Shown here in pieces: positions 39,192-50,474 of a stretch of DNA of 64,000 nt. The notes under the pieces are model-generated. The model was not told the DNA's origin. It did no database searches and was given only the letters and a program-made list of their open reading frames with translations. Source of the stretch: Ostrea edulis (lineage: Eukaryota); NCBI RefSeq assembly GCF_947568905.1, contig NC_079167.1:5828001-5892000 (forward strand). The letters run 5' to 3'. The translations under genes and the position numbers were made by a program. The first letter of the stretch is position 1. Each line of letters begins with the position of its first letter.

Positions 39192-39242
39192 CAATACAGA
39201 AACCTCGGGAACGCTAGTATCCTTCTTCTCTTTGGTCGGAAT
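39192..39242 (-). CDS. uCC upstream ORF of ODC, exon 1 part (AUU start; IPTKEKKDTSVPEVSVL)
   Basis: acaaaATTCCGACCAAA context resembles the AAAAUUCCG start of the AZIN1 uCC (recalled). 17 codons end at a strong donor TTG|gtgagt, in phase 0 with the 36181 exon. Confidence 0.85.
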
Positions 39243-39543
39243 TTTGTCCGATTTATATGGACAAGTATGATAATAAAATACCCCCTAAATAACAAATATA
39301 TCCCCCTGAAATAAAATATCACTGTTCAATGCTCATCCACACAGCGGAAGTTTAGTAAAAGAAAGAAACAAGGAGCGAGGACTTGTAAACCCGGATAAAT
39401 AATGTCGGTAGCAGGTCGTTCCGTCCCCCAGTCGGTCCGTCCCTAGTCTATCCGTCCCATGGTCGATTCGGCCCAATTTGCTTAGTCGATCCGGCCCCTC
39501 CATTTTTTTTAAATCAAAGATATAATAAATGATTATTACTTAA

Positions 39544-40540
39544 AGAGACACTACAGCTCATTTTGCGCAAAAATCATGAAATGACAATTTTCCCAGTGCT
39601 TTCTCAATTTTTGTTGCATTGTTGAAAGTATGAACTTTACGAAAATAACACTTATCTAAAGTTAAAAATTATCGTTTTAACGTAAAAATTAATACTTTTT
39701 GATGGCCTATACAAAAAATATCGAGTCTCCTCCTTTTAGTCTTCAGACGCATGCGCATAGACAGTAAACAGTGCAGCATGTCGTCCAGTGAGAGAAAGTG
39801 TAGTTGATAGATCTAGCATTTTGACAGATTCTGTGAGAAAAGAGGTAAAAATAGAATGAGATAAAACTCATGCGTGAAATAAAATTTACCTAGGGATCAG
39901 TATGACCGTTGGAAAACAGAGAGCTCGGAGAAACGCATGTAACTCAGTGGCGGATCTAGGATTTCCGAAGAGGGGTGTGAAAGTCAAAGATTAGCCAAAG
40001 TAATTGGCCATTCGGGTGCAAAATTTTGATTTTCATTCACAATCTGTGGCTTAAAAAGGGAGGGGGATACTGGCCCCCTAAATCTGCATTTGAGACTAGC
40101 TGCGAAGACACTACGTTTAAAAGTAAGTAGTGCTATTTTTATCTGAACACGACACGTGTTAGTTGTAAAAACATCGGTCAATGGGAACATGGAAGGGTTT
40201 CTGTTGAAATAATTATTTATAATTAGTTATTATAAGGAGCAGGGAATAATCTTATGTACTTGAGAGGTGAGTGTGGACCCCTTGAAGGGGAATTTAGATA
40301 ATTTCCTACACAACACCTTTGCTGTCATTCAAAACCACGTGATGTAAATAAGCATTCAAAAGTCCGAGTCAGCATGAAGAAACCTTTGAATTCCGGACGA
40401 TCTTCAACGCGCAGTTGAGAGTAAATTGATGCATGCCAAATGTTCAAAATTGTCAGTATCGATGTGAATTTTATCATTTTATCAATATATGGTTTAAAAA
40501 ACACTTCATTAAAATGTGGAAAATGAGCTGTAGTGTCTCT
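39544..40540. mobile_element. Kolobok-type non-autonomous element
   Basis: Perfect 21-bp TIR agagacactacagctcatttt, TTAA on both flanks, AG..CT termini; contains a small cagtggcggatctag MITE at about 39946-40092. Confidence 0.85.
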
Positions 40541-40899
40541 TTAAGAAAAAGGGAAGTTTTTGCATATATATTGCAGTTATAGTTATCAAAATTAGATAAC
40601 TGCCGAAGTTAGACGTGTGAATAAAATTGTTTATACAACCCTTAACTAGGATTTAAAACTTTTGTTTAAAGTGTGATGGTTATAAAAATGTGTGCCCATT
40701 AATTATTGTAAAAACATCGTTATTCAACTATGTATAGCAATCAATGTAAATGTGTGTCCCATGTCCACTGATCATTGTGAAAACACCTTAGTGAAAACAG
40801 TTTTTATAACTGCATTGCTGTGCAACCTTTGATCATTAATTACGAGCTTACAGTAACCTAACTATTAGAAGTTTTTGGTTGTTGTTGTTTGTTTTTTTA

Positions 40900-41230
40900 A
40901 CTCCAGAAGTTCAAAGAATTGCTCGTGATTTGGAAATAGAATGTGACAGGTATAGAAATATTTCAAGAAATGACAGAGTATGTAAATTTTGTTTAAAAAC
41001 AAAAGGTATTCTTTGTATTGAAAATGAAGCCCACTTTATCGAATATTGTGATGTGTATAATGATTTTAGAAAAAGCTGTCAAATATCAAAACATCTCTTC
41101 TTTTTGGGAAATGCTGAAAGCTTATTTTAATATGGAAGAACAAATACATTAAATGCTTTGGCAAAGTATGTTTTTCTTGTTTTTAAAAGAAGAGACATTT
41201 GTTATGATAAACAGTCTCAAGAAGATTAAT
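40900..41230 (+). mobile_element. 3' end of a non-LTR retrotransposon ORF2 (C-terminal Cys/His motif, RTE-X-like)
   Basis: LEIECDRYRNISRNDRVCKFC..IENEAHFIEYCDVYNDFR. Confidence 0.7.
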
Positions 41231-41862
41231 ATACATTACGTGTGATCAAGGTTAATTAGTCTGCAATCAAGCCATAAATACCATAGAACATATTAAAGGA
41301 TGACTACCTGATGACAGAAGATATCAGCGGCACACACACCATGAAGATGAAATACGCAGATGAATTAACTCAATTCAGTACTGTAAATAGCACTTGAAAA
41401 ATAGTATTTTTTCTGGGCCGGATCGACTAGGGGACGTATTAACTATGGGACGGATAGTCTAGGGACGGATTGGTAATGGGACGAATCGACTAAGGAACGG
41501 ATTGATTATGGGACGGAACGTCTAGAAACTCGGATTAACTCGACCGAAACTGTCGCAAGCAAGAATGAAATGTCTCGGTGATTTTGAGTACAGGTGTTGA
41601 TTCTCGCGCAGCATAGTATTTCCTCTTCAAAATGGGCCCAGTCAAAGGGGAAGGGGGGGGGGGGGGTATACTTTCTCTCCACACACAACCCCCTCTTTCA
41701 TCGAGATTGTGCTACTAGAATTATTTTTTTTTTTTTTTTTTTGCTAGCCCCTATGTCTTTTCTGTCATATTTTTATTTTACAATAAAACTCTGCATTATG
41801 ACTACTTTCAGGTTATGCTGAAAAAAGTAGTAACAAGTGATAAATAAAGGGCATGATTGATA

Positions 41863-41972
41863 AAAGCACAGAAAATTTCACTTGATTTGGATACCCACTT
41901 CCGCCCCTACCGTTGAACTCACGACCTGCGGAACCAAATCTCCTAGAAGCATGTAACCAGCGCACTAGACCA
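41863..41972 (-). mobile_element. tRNA-derived SINE-like head, inverted copy of 44011-44146
   Basis: The reverse complement matches 44033-44146 (gcgctggttacatgct..gagttcaac..gtgaaattttctgtgcttt). Confidence 0.75.
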
Positions 41973-43161
41973 TATTGTATAATTAACTAAGAGTTTCAGG
42001 AATTTCTACGTTGTGTGGTCTAAGTAAGCTGTAAAAAGATGTCGCTATTTTTGGTAATCAATGTTATCAGATGTGTGAAGGTAAATTCATTGTTGTATCC
42101 GATAGATAAACCTTTTTGTAAATTGACTTCATTGTCAGGTAAACTATTTTGCTTAGTTAAAAAAGCAGAATTTGACATTTCTGACAAAGGTGTGATTACT
42201 CCATTTGCGGGTTTCTTTTATGGTTGACATCTTGTGTACATAAGTATTCATAAAAATGTCTTTTGGCTAATTTTTCGGGAAAGTTTTTAGCCCTGTTTAT
42301 CAGGTAATTTACACCCCAAACGTGTTCTGCGCATTTACTCTTGCGCAGATTTAATCCTTCTCAACACTTTTGGACAATTGATCTTAGAGATTAAAATTCT
42401 GATTGGCTAATGTCTGCAACCATGGTTTCGGGTTGTGCATGAGGAATGTAGACTGACTCTTGGTCATTCCATGTAGAGACGCCAACCATTTAAGAAGTAA
42501 CCTTAATTTTGTCTTTATAATTCGGGTTCTGGGCAGATACTAACTTTATTGTACAGATCAATGTTAGTCGAGAAAATGATTAAGATATTGTTAGCCTTTG
42601 GGGATCAAATAGATTTTTTCGGCTAATCAAATCCTCTTCTTTTTACAAGGTGCATAAGCTGACGTTCGATTCATAGGTCCGACCGACAATATTACTAAAC
42701 TTTCCTCGTGTTTTTTCTTCTTTAATCAAGTTTTGTTAATATTTTGAATTTTAGAATTAATCCATCATCAATCAGATTATGATCTTGCGAACATCAATTT
42801 AGCAGATTTTTTTTCTTTTCAGTCGCATTCCTCTACCAAACATAAGAAATTCAGTCTTATAAATAGTTCATGTGTTTGGTACTAGGATATTTGCTTGCAA
42901 CATAAAATACATTCAAATCAAATAAAAAAATCTTGATTGTTAAATCAGGCAGATATTTTTGTTTTAAAAATGTATTTACAAGAGTCGCCATGTGAAGTAT
43001 AATATTTTCGTAATATCTTTTTCTGAAGAGTTCCAAAATTTCTTAGTTCCGATATTCCGTAATCTGAGGCGAAACACGCACGTGTAAATTTGAAAAAGTG
43101 GACGAAATTTGATGATCTTTGATTTGTTTACTTTTATCCATACGTTGTAAAATGAATTTTA

Positions 43162-43309
43162 NNNNNNNNNNNNNNNNNNNNNNNNNNNNNNNNNNNNNNN
43201 NNNNNNNNNNNNNNNNNNNNNNNNNNNNNNNNNNNNNNNNNNNNNNNNNNNNNNNNNNNNNNNNNNNNNNNNNNNNNNNNNNNNNNNNNNNNNNNNNNNN
43301 NNNNNNNNN
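43162..43309. other. Assembly gap (148 N)
   Basis: Run of N. Confidence 1.
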
Positions 43310-43853
43310 AAATTCTGCCGCATCAAATGTGTATCATCATTCAATTTCCTGAGCTGCCTATTCTTTGTTTTTGTTTGGAGTTGGTCCATTTTGTTAACTT
43401 ATTCAAACTTGTTGTTTACATTATCTTTCTCTCAAACTTTGTTAATCTCTTACTTTGTTTACATAGCTTTTTTTCATTTATTTATTTATTTTTTTGTATT
43501 TGTTACTTATCATTATTATCTTTTATAAATTATGCATGGTTAAAATAGAATTTCTCTGGGTACGAGTTAGCTTTACTATTTGTCAACGTAATTGGATTAA
43601 CTCGTTCCACTTGAGATTAATTAAGTTTATTGTTTTTCTTTTCGGACATTTTGGATCAGCTCTTTGGACGAATAAGGCATGTCCTAATTCGCTCCACTTT
43701 TAACATTGACTGGCAAGCCTAAAGACCAAAAACATGTAGTCTGCGTTGTAAATACGTTTGTAGATTAGTGTAGTTGTAGTGCTAGATGTATTTATATGTA
43801 GTTTTTGTTATTATGCTCTGTTGATATTGACCACATTATGTAATTGTTTTCGT

Positions 43854-43894
43854 TTGTCCTGAAGAAGGGACGGGTCGTCCCGAAAATTTGACAA
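43854..43894 (+). ncRNA. Minimal type-I hammerhead ribozyme (Penelope-associated type)
   Basis: UUGUC-CUGAAGA-A-GGGACG(GGU)CGUCCC-GAA-AAUU-U-GACAA: 5-bp stem I, complete core, 6-bp stem II, palindromic AAUU stem III. Confidence 0.8.
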
Positions 43895-44010
43895 TCTCGT
43901 TGTTCGTGTCGTTGGTCATTTTAGTGCTTTGTATATATATATATATTCTCAATGACCTTTAGCGTGTGACAGCGTGGCGAGAATTCCATCGTCATCGAAA
44001 GCAAGTTTTA

Positions 44011-44146
44011 TGACTTGCCTAGATGGTCGAGCGGTCTAGCGCGCTGGTTACATGCTGCTAGGAGATTTGGTTCCGCAGGTCGTGAGTTCAACCCCGGGTA
44101 GGGGCGGAAGTGGGTATCCACATAAAGTGAAATTTTCTGTGCTTTA
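44011..44146 (+). mobile_element. tRNA-derived SINE-like head flanked by (TA)n
   Basis: A-box-like tggtcgagcgg (44024-44034), B-box-like gagttcaaccc (44084-44094), followed by (TA)n. Confidence 0.75.
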
Positions 44147-44179
44147 TATATATATATATAATTATATATAAATAATTCA

Positions 44180-45053
44180 GGAAATATTAAATAAGTAAGA
44201 TTTTTGTCAAAAGTAGGTCAAACCTCTAGGTCAAGGTCACGGTTTCAAACTTCACGAAATAATAAGGCCTTGCCATAAAGAATATATATAGAAAATATGT
44301 GGGGCACCTAAAATAGTTCCGAGTATATTTTTAAAATAGGTAAATTTTCATAAAAGTAGGCCAAACTTCGAGTTCAAGGTCAAACATCATATGAAATGAA
44401 AGGTCTTGTCGTAAGAAATATATACACAAGATATGAAAGACCGACCTTAAATAGTTTAGGGCATAATGTATAGGTAAGATTTTTCAAACTTCCAGGTCAA
44501 GGTCACAAGATCACACACCATTACTTCACATGAAGTTTTTTCCGTAAAAAATGTATAAGCAAAATATGAAAGTCCTAGCTTAAATTTTTAAAGATTTTCC
44601 CCATATATCAGCATATAACACTTTGATCCCCCATTGTTGTCACAACTTACCAAAGGGGACCATGAATTGCACAAACTTGGATCTACTCTATGCCAGGAAG
44701 CTTTCATTTAAATTTAAACTTTTCTGGCCCAGTGGTTCTTCTAAAGAAGATTTTAAAAGATTTTCCCATTATATTCGCATGTTAAACTTTAATCCCCTAT
44801 TGTGGCCCCACCCTAGCCTGGGGCTATGATTTGAACATACTTGAATTTACATTATGTCAGGAAGCTTTCATGTAAATTTGAACTTTTCTGACCCAGTGGT
44901 TCTTAATTAAGAAGATTTTTAAATGACATCACTTTATTTTTGCATTTTCGTGATTATCTCCCCCTTTGAATGGGGCATGACCCTTTATTTGAACAAACCT
45001 AAATCCCCTTCCTCAATGGAGGATGTGTACCAAGTTTAATTGCAATTGTTCTT

Positions 45054-45101
<48 letters not shown>

Positions 45102-45159
45102 ACGGGCAACGGGTGATCAGAATAGCTCACTTGAGCGTTCAGCTCAGGTGAGCTAAAAA
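44180..45159 (+). mobile_element. HINE/pearl element with Cg170 cores
   Basis: aagctttcat..ctggcccagtggttct core, acagacagacgacgg tract, agctcaggtgagctaaaa end. Confidence 0.85.
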
Positions 45160-45253
45160 CCTATTAGTCCGGATCTGGAAACTCAGCCATGGCCGGTCCC
45201 AAACCCAGATGAGAAAAGATGGAAGTTGGGCGTGGTGCTAGCAACCCCAACCT

Positions 45254-45255
<2 letters not shown>

Positions 45256-45288
<33 letters not shown>

Positions 45289-45895
45289 GGCTCATATTCA
45301 AAGATTTTTCCTATACATTTGCATGTAAAACTTTGATCCCTATTTTGGCCCCAACCTACTCCCCAGGGCCATGGTTTTTTCAAAATTGAATCTGGACTAT
45401 GTCAGGAAGCTTTCATATGAATGTAAACTTTTCTGGCCCAGTGATTTTTCAGAAGAAGATTTTTAATGATTTTCCCTATATATTTGTATGTAAAACTTTG
45501 ACCCCCTATTGTCGCCTCATCTTAGCCCCGGGGCCCATGATTTTGATAAACTTGAATCTGCACTATGTCAGGAAGCTTTCATGTAAATTTCAACTTTCCT
45601 GGCCCAGTAGTGTTTGAGAAGAACATTTTAAAAGATTTTCCCTTTATATTTGTATGTAAAACTTTGATCCCCTATTGTGGCCTCATCCTATCCTCGGGGG
45701 TCATGATTTGAACAAACTTAAATCTGCACTATGTCAGGAAGCTTTCATGTAAATTCCAGCTTTTCTGGCCCAGTGGTTCTTGAGAAGAAGATTTTTAAAT
45801 GACCCCGCCCTATTTTTGTGATTATCTCCCCTTTGAAAGGGACATGGCCCTTCATTTGAACAAACTTGAAAACCCTTCACCCAAGGATGCTTTAG

Positions 45896-45938
<43 letters not shown>

Positions 45939-45983
45939 TCGAAAATGTAAAAAGTTTACAGACGGACAGACAGACGACGGACA

Positions 45984-46034
<51 letters not shown>
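45256..46034 (+). mobile_element. Full-length HINE/pearl element with about 3 Cg170/HindIII (about 166-bp) satellite units
   Basis: aacaagaggcccatgggccacatcgctcacctg start, tandem cores, gacggacagacagacg tract, terminal palindrome agctcacttgagctttcagctcaggtgagct. Confidence 0.9.
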
Positions 46035-46035
<1 letters not shown>

Positions 46036-48012
46036 CTGCTTGCTACGGAAACGACAGCAAGGGAAACAACTTCACCCGACAGAGGAAGTGAAGGAGACCA
46101 GAAAAATACGAACTTATGACGGTGTGTGTGTGTGTATTTACGCTTTCTCTCACCAGGGGGCGCGTTATGCAAGCTTCATTTACGCGTACGGAAATCTGGG
46201 TAGAGAATGGTATGGGCGGTGGAAAGGACAAAAAATATCATATAAGAGAATTTTTTTATATATATATCTACATGTAATTTCAATGACCATAAAAAGTTAA
46301 TAAATGATATCAACGGACCTCTTAGCAAAACAAATATACATAAAAGCAAAATGAACGAACAGACTTAATACACAGCAAATTATTTTATATGCACAACAAA
46401 CAGTATTATTTTGCAAATAAATGACAATAAATAATCGAGATAAACGGTTTCTCGTCATATATACGTGATGAACAGACATAAAAAAGAATCCTTCCCAACT
46501 ACGTACATCACAAAAAATCTATGACGTAAAAATTCCTGAGATGCCACCCGACGACTACTTACGCCTCCGTTCATTGAGTTTTTATACATGTGTTCGTTAG
46601 GTTCTTGTGTCTCTTGCAAAATAACACTGTTAGTTGTGCATCTAAAATAAATTGCAAAAAAGATCCGTTGATTAAATTCATGAGATATCTTATTAAAATA
46701 TAAGATATCTTATGTTTTATACGATATCTAATACAAAATATATGATATCTCATATCTTTTATAAGATATTTTATAAAGGATGTAAGATATCTCTAGAAAG
46801 GAATGAATGTAAAAATGGTGTGCCATACATGTCATTTTTGTCTATCACGTGACCGCAGTGTATAAACCAATCAGTCGTTGGCGCCCCCCCCCCCCCCCCT
46901 CTCCTAAATTTTTCAAATTTAAGGTAAATCGTGGTATCTTGTTTTGAAAAATGTAAACGGTAAAAGAAGCAATAATTTCTTCCACTCTCAAAGAAATAAA
47001 TGACAAAATCTTTTGGTTTATTGAATTATTTTTATTGGGAGAACTTAACATTTTTTTCAAGAACCCTTAAAATTTGTGTCATTTTGTTAGTAGTAAAAAT
47101 GACTACATAGGAAACATATTTCAAGCCCTATAAAAAAAAAAATCTGTAAAATCCAGGAGCTTCCGAGGGCTTCGCCCCCTGGACCCACTGTGGGCCTCAA
47201 GGCGGTCCCCAGACCCCCTGTCTTATAAAATTACCCCCCCCCCCCTAACCGCAATTCCTGGATCCGCCCCTGAATACATACCTTCATCTTGAACAGAGTC
47301 ACAGTCCCGTGTTCTGACCCGGCGCGGATCCATACATGCATGATACCAATACATATTGCAAGTAAGAATGTTTCATTTATATTTATTCAATTTGAGTTGG
47401 TGAGGTTGGTTTTATGTGGCTATAAAATATGTCTGTCTGCTTGCCACTTTCACTTACGATGTTTTCTATCTATTACAGCCACTCTCCGTCCAGAATCATC
47501 CCAGTAGAATAATACACTACACGGAGAAGTTATAACATTGGCGATGTACATTTTTCTTCTTTTGAAATGCCATATAGTTGTTTGATTTATCGGCTGGGCG
47601 TTGACCTCGTAAAATTTTACGAGAAAATATCTCGTAATTACGAGAAAATTATCTCGAAATAACGATAAAAATATGTAAATATTGGTCACATGATATCTTT
47701 CTTTATATGAGCTCTCCTCTCCTTATTCCATCAGTGTGTTTTGGATGCTGTTTTAAATATAAGAAATCACTTTCCATTGAAAGCATGTCAAGTAGACCAT
47801 TAGAAATTTTAGAAAGTTAACTTACCAAGCGAAAGTTTATTCATGCATTTAAAGTACAAAGGAAAGAAAACGACGACTTATTATTGCAGGTTTCTGCACT
47901 ATCAATTAATTAAATCAATTAAATTCTACAAGTTTTACAATAATATAAGCTAATCTATCATAATGCTTAGTGTATGAATTTGAAAGTTCAAGATTCTTGT
48001 AATTCTACCGTT

Positions 48013-48574
48013 AAGTGCACACTTGATGGTACATATTGTCGTTTGGCACATATCATCCTCGGCGACGATATGCACGTACCCTCACGGTACATATTGTCCG
48101 TTGGAACATATACTACATATTGTCGCCGACGATAATATGCGCCGAGACAAGGCATATTTTTTTCATCATGGTACATAGTGTCGTCGGAGACAAAAGACCG
48201 TTGGAATACATTGTCGCCGTCCGTGATAGATGGGAAGGGGGTGGGGGTGGGTTAAGGTAACGATGGCTATCTCTGTAGAGAATATTTAGCTGTGGTTAGA
48301 TGCTGAATTCTTTAATGCGAATAAATATTAGGAATTCTTGTACATTTCCAATACCATTTTCAATGGAGGCCGTGATCGCCTTTTTGTTCATCTCATTAAA
48401 TGATTACATGTTTGACTTCTTTCATTTTATATATTGATAAATTTTAATTTAAAATATCTATGATATGAAAATATCATTATTTTAACAAACCAATATCTAG
48501 CGCTTTAAGTGTATGCATCTTCTGTTTTGACTTTCTTAGTAACATGCATGTACAGGACTAGTGCCATAGATCTA

Positions 48575-48606
<32 letters not shown>

Positions 48607-49121
48607 AATAAATAAATAAAAATCCAAACTTAGTTCAAGAAGTCTCATTCCTACATGCAGATCAGTACCTGATGCTACATGTACATCTAATAATGGTGAG
48701 GGTTTGTGTCGGTACATATTGTTGTAGGAGTCATGTAACAACTCTATCTACATGTATACAGGTTTCACACCTTCAGTTTGCAATCCTTTGAATTGGAGAT
48801 CAAACCTCCATAATAAAACAAGAATAAGGACTGTTGATCTGACAAATTTTGAAAACACAAAAATAGACGTATAGATATTCCGGTTCTAATGATATCAGTC
48901 TTTTATTATTTTTTATCATTATATAACCCGATGAACGAAATAAAACCCACAAGAAATGTGCGTAAGCATATGTATTTCATATTTCTAAAAGTGTGATTAT
49001 GACCGGAACTAAACTTACGCGAACCGGAACGTAAATTATAACCCGAAACGAAAATTACAGGTATTCAGCATTTCTAAATCATGCGACACCGGACGACAAT
49101 ATGTACCGTCACACACACTTT
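48013..49121. mobile_element. DNA transposon derivative with acatattgtcg subterminal repeats
   Basis: aagtg..gatggtacatattgtcgt is mirrored by acgacaatatgtaccgtcacacacactt. Confidence 0.5.
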
Positions 49122-49732
49122 GAATAAGATCATTTCAATTTGCTGACCGATCAACGAAGAGGGAAATGGTATCAAACGTTTCCAAGATTATCCATACATG
49201 TAAGTTGTGCAACTCGGCTTTATATCAATATTTTCTCGTAATTACGACGTCTTTTCTCGTAATTTCCAGATAATGGAATGTGAATTTATGGGGGGTTTGG
49301 GGGGTTAATACTAATAGGCTTTCGTAATTATGCCATAATTTACACATTCAATGCTGTTTTGATTTATCTTAATATTTTTTCTATGTAAAAGTAGAATTGT
49401 TAGTATACCCCCCCCCCCCCCCCCCCATATCACAATGTATTGGGTCCTCTAGCCGGTAGAGAGGTATCATCGAAATTTTACATTTTTGTACGATTCAGAA
49501 TTTACAATTAGGTCTAGACTGTAAATAATTCTTTTGTGAAGTGGGATCTCCATAACAAAATGGAAGATTTTTGTTATCACATGTCCCGGTTATTCATTTG
49601 CGATCTGTATTGTTGGAGATTTTGATTCCTGGCATTTTATTAACAAAGTACGTAAAAATGACATTAGTTTATAATGATTACAATTTATGCAATGGGTGAT
49701 ATCCACTGGATAAAGGAGTAGACATGTGATGA

Positions 49733-49786
<54 letters not shown>

Positions 49787-49817
49787 GCGCTGAAAATAGG
49801 ATACCCTCCCGCTCCCT

Positions 49818-50474
49818 GGTGTAGCATGGAATTTTCACCTGGCGTTGAAAAATGATCCGGGGTCAATTTTTAACGATGAAAAATGACCCCAGGTCATTTA
49901 GTTTACCTGAACTATAAGCTAAGTGAATTTTTTTCTGAACATTTGTTGTCCGACGTCCATCTGTCTGCCCGTAAACTTCACACATTTTCGACCTCTTCTC
50001 AAGAATCAGAGCCAACCAAACTTGTCATAAAGCATCATTTCGTAAAAGAGATTCAAAAATATTCAAATGAATGGTCACGCCGATTTCAAAGGGGAGACAA
50101 GTTTTTTCTCCGGGAGAACTCGTACCCAGGTTTTCATAATGCAACTGACAAAGTTTTTTCTCTAGGAGAACTTGTATCCACATTTCTATTTGTTAAAATG
50201 ACAGTTTTTCTTCAGGAAAATTCGTACCCAGATATTAATGAGTATGACTTCTCTTGGAGAACTCGTGCCCGGGTACGACTTCTCCAGAACTCATACCCAA
50301 ATTTCTGGGTACGAGTTCTCCAAAAGTCTGAAAAAAATCACCCGGATTATCAATCAGAATTTCACAGGCCCGGGTCAAATTTTGAAATAAAAGGGTCAAA
50401 ATTCCACGACTCTGGGGTCATTTGAAATGACCACGGGTTATTTCTCTGCGGGGGTCAAAATCGTATGATACAGC
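49818..50474. mobile_element. DNA transposon derivative with aaatgacccc subterminal repeats
   Basis: Imperfect TIR ggtgtagcatggaattttcacc / ggggtcaaaatcgtatgatacagc; nested HINE and gagaactcgtaccca repeat fragments. Confidence 0.45.

Larger units (their letters stand above)
39414..41523. mobile_element. DNA transposon with 15-bp subterminal repeats, immediately upstream of ODC leader exon 1
   Basis: ggtcgttccgtccc.. repeats at 39414-39500 are mirrored by ..gggacggaacgtct at 41415-41523. Confidence 0.7.

Noticed and set aside
44011-44100. Possible tRNA gene
   Set aside because: It has A/B boxes but no convincing cloverleaf or acceptor stem, and a second diverged copy shares the downstream tail, so it is SINE-like.
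45160-45255. RTE 5'-UTR-like segment (ggccggtcccaaaccc..gttgggcgtggtgctagcaacccc) as a possible HDV-like ribozyme
   Set aside because: I could not build the nested double pseudoknot by eye; the fragment is short and degenerate.
49883-50425. 180-aa ORF
   Set aside because: Runs across nested MITE/HINE fragments and gagaactcgtaccca repeats; no protein motif.
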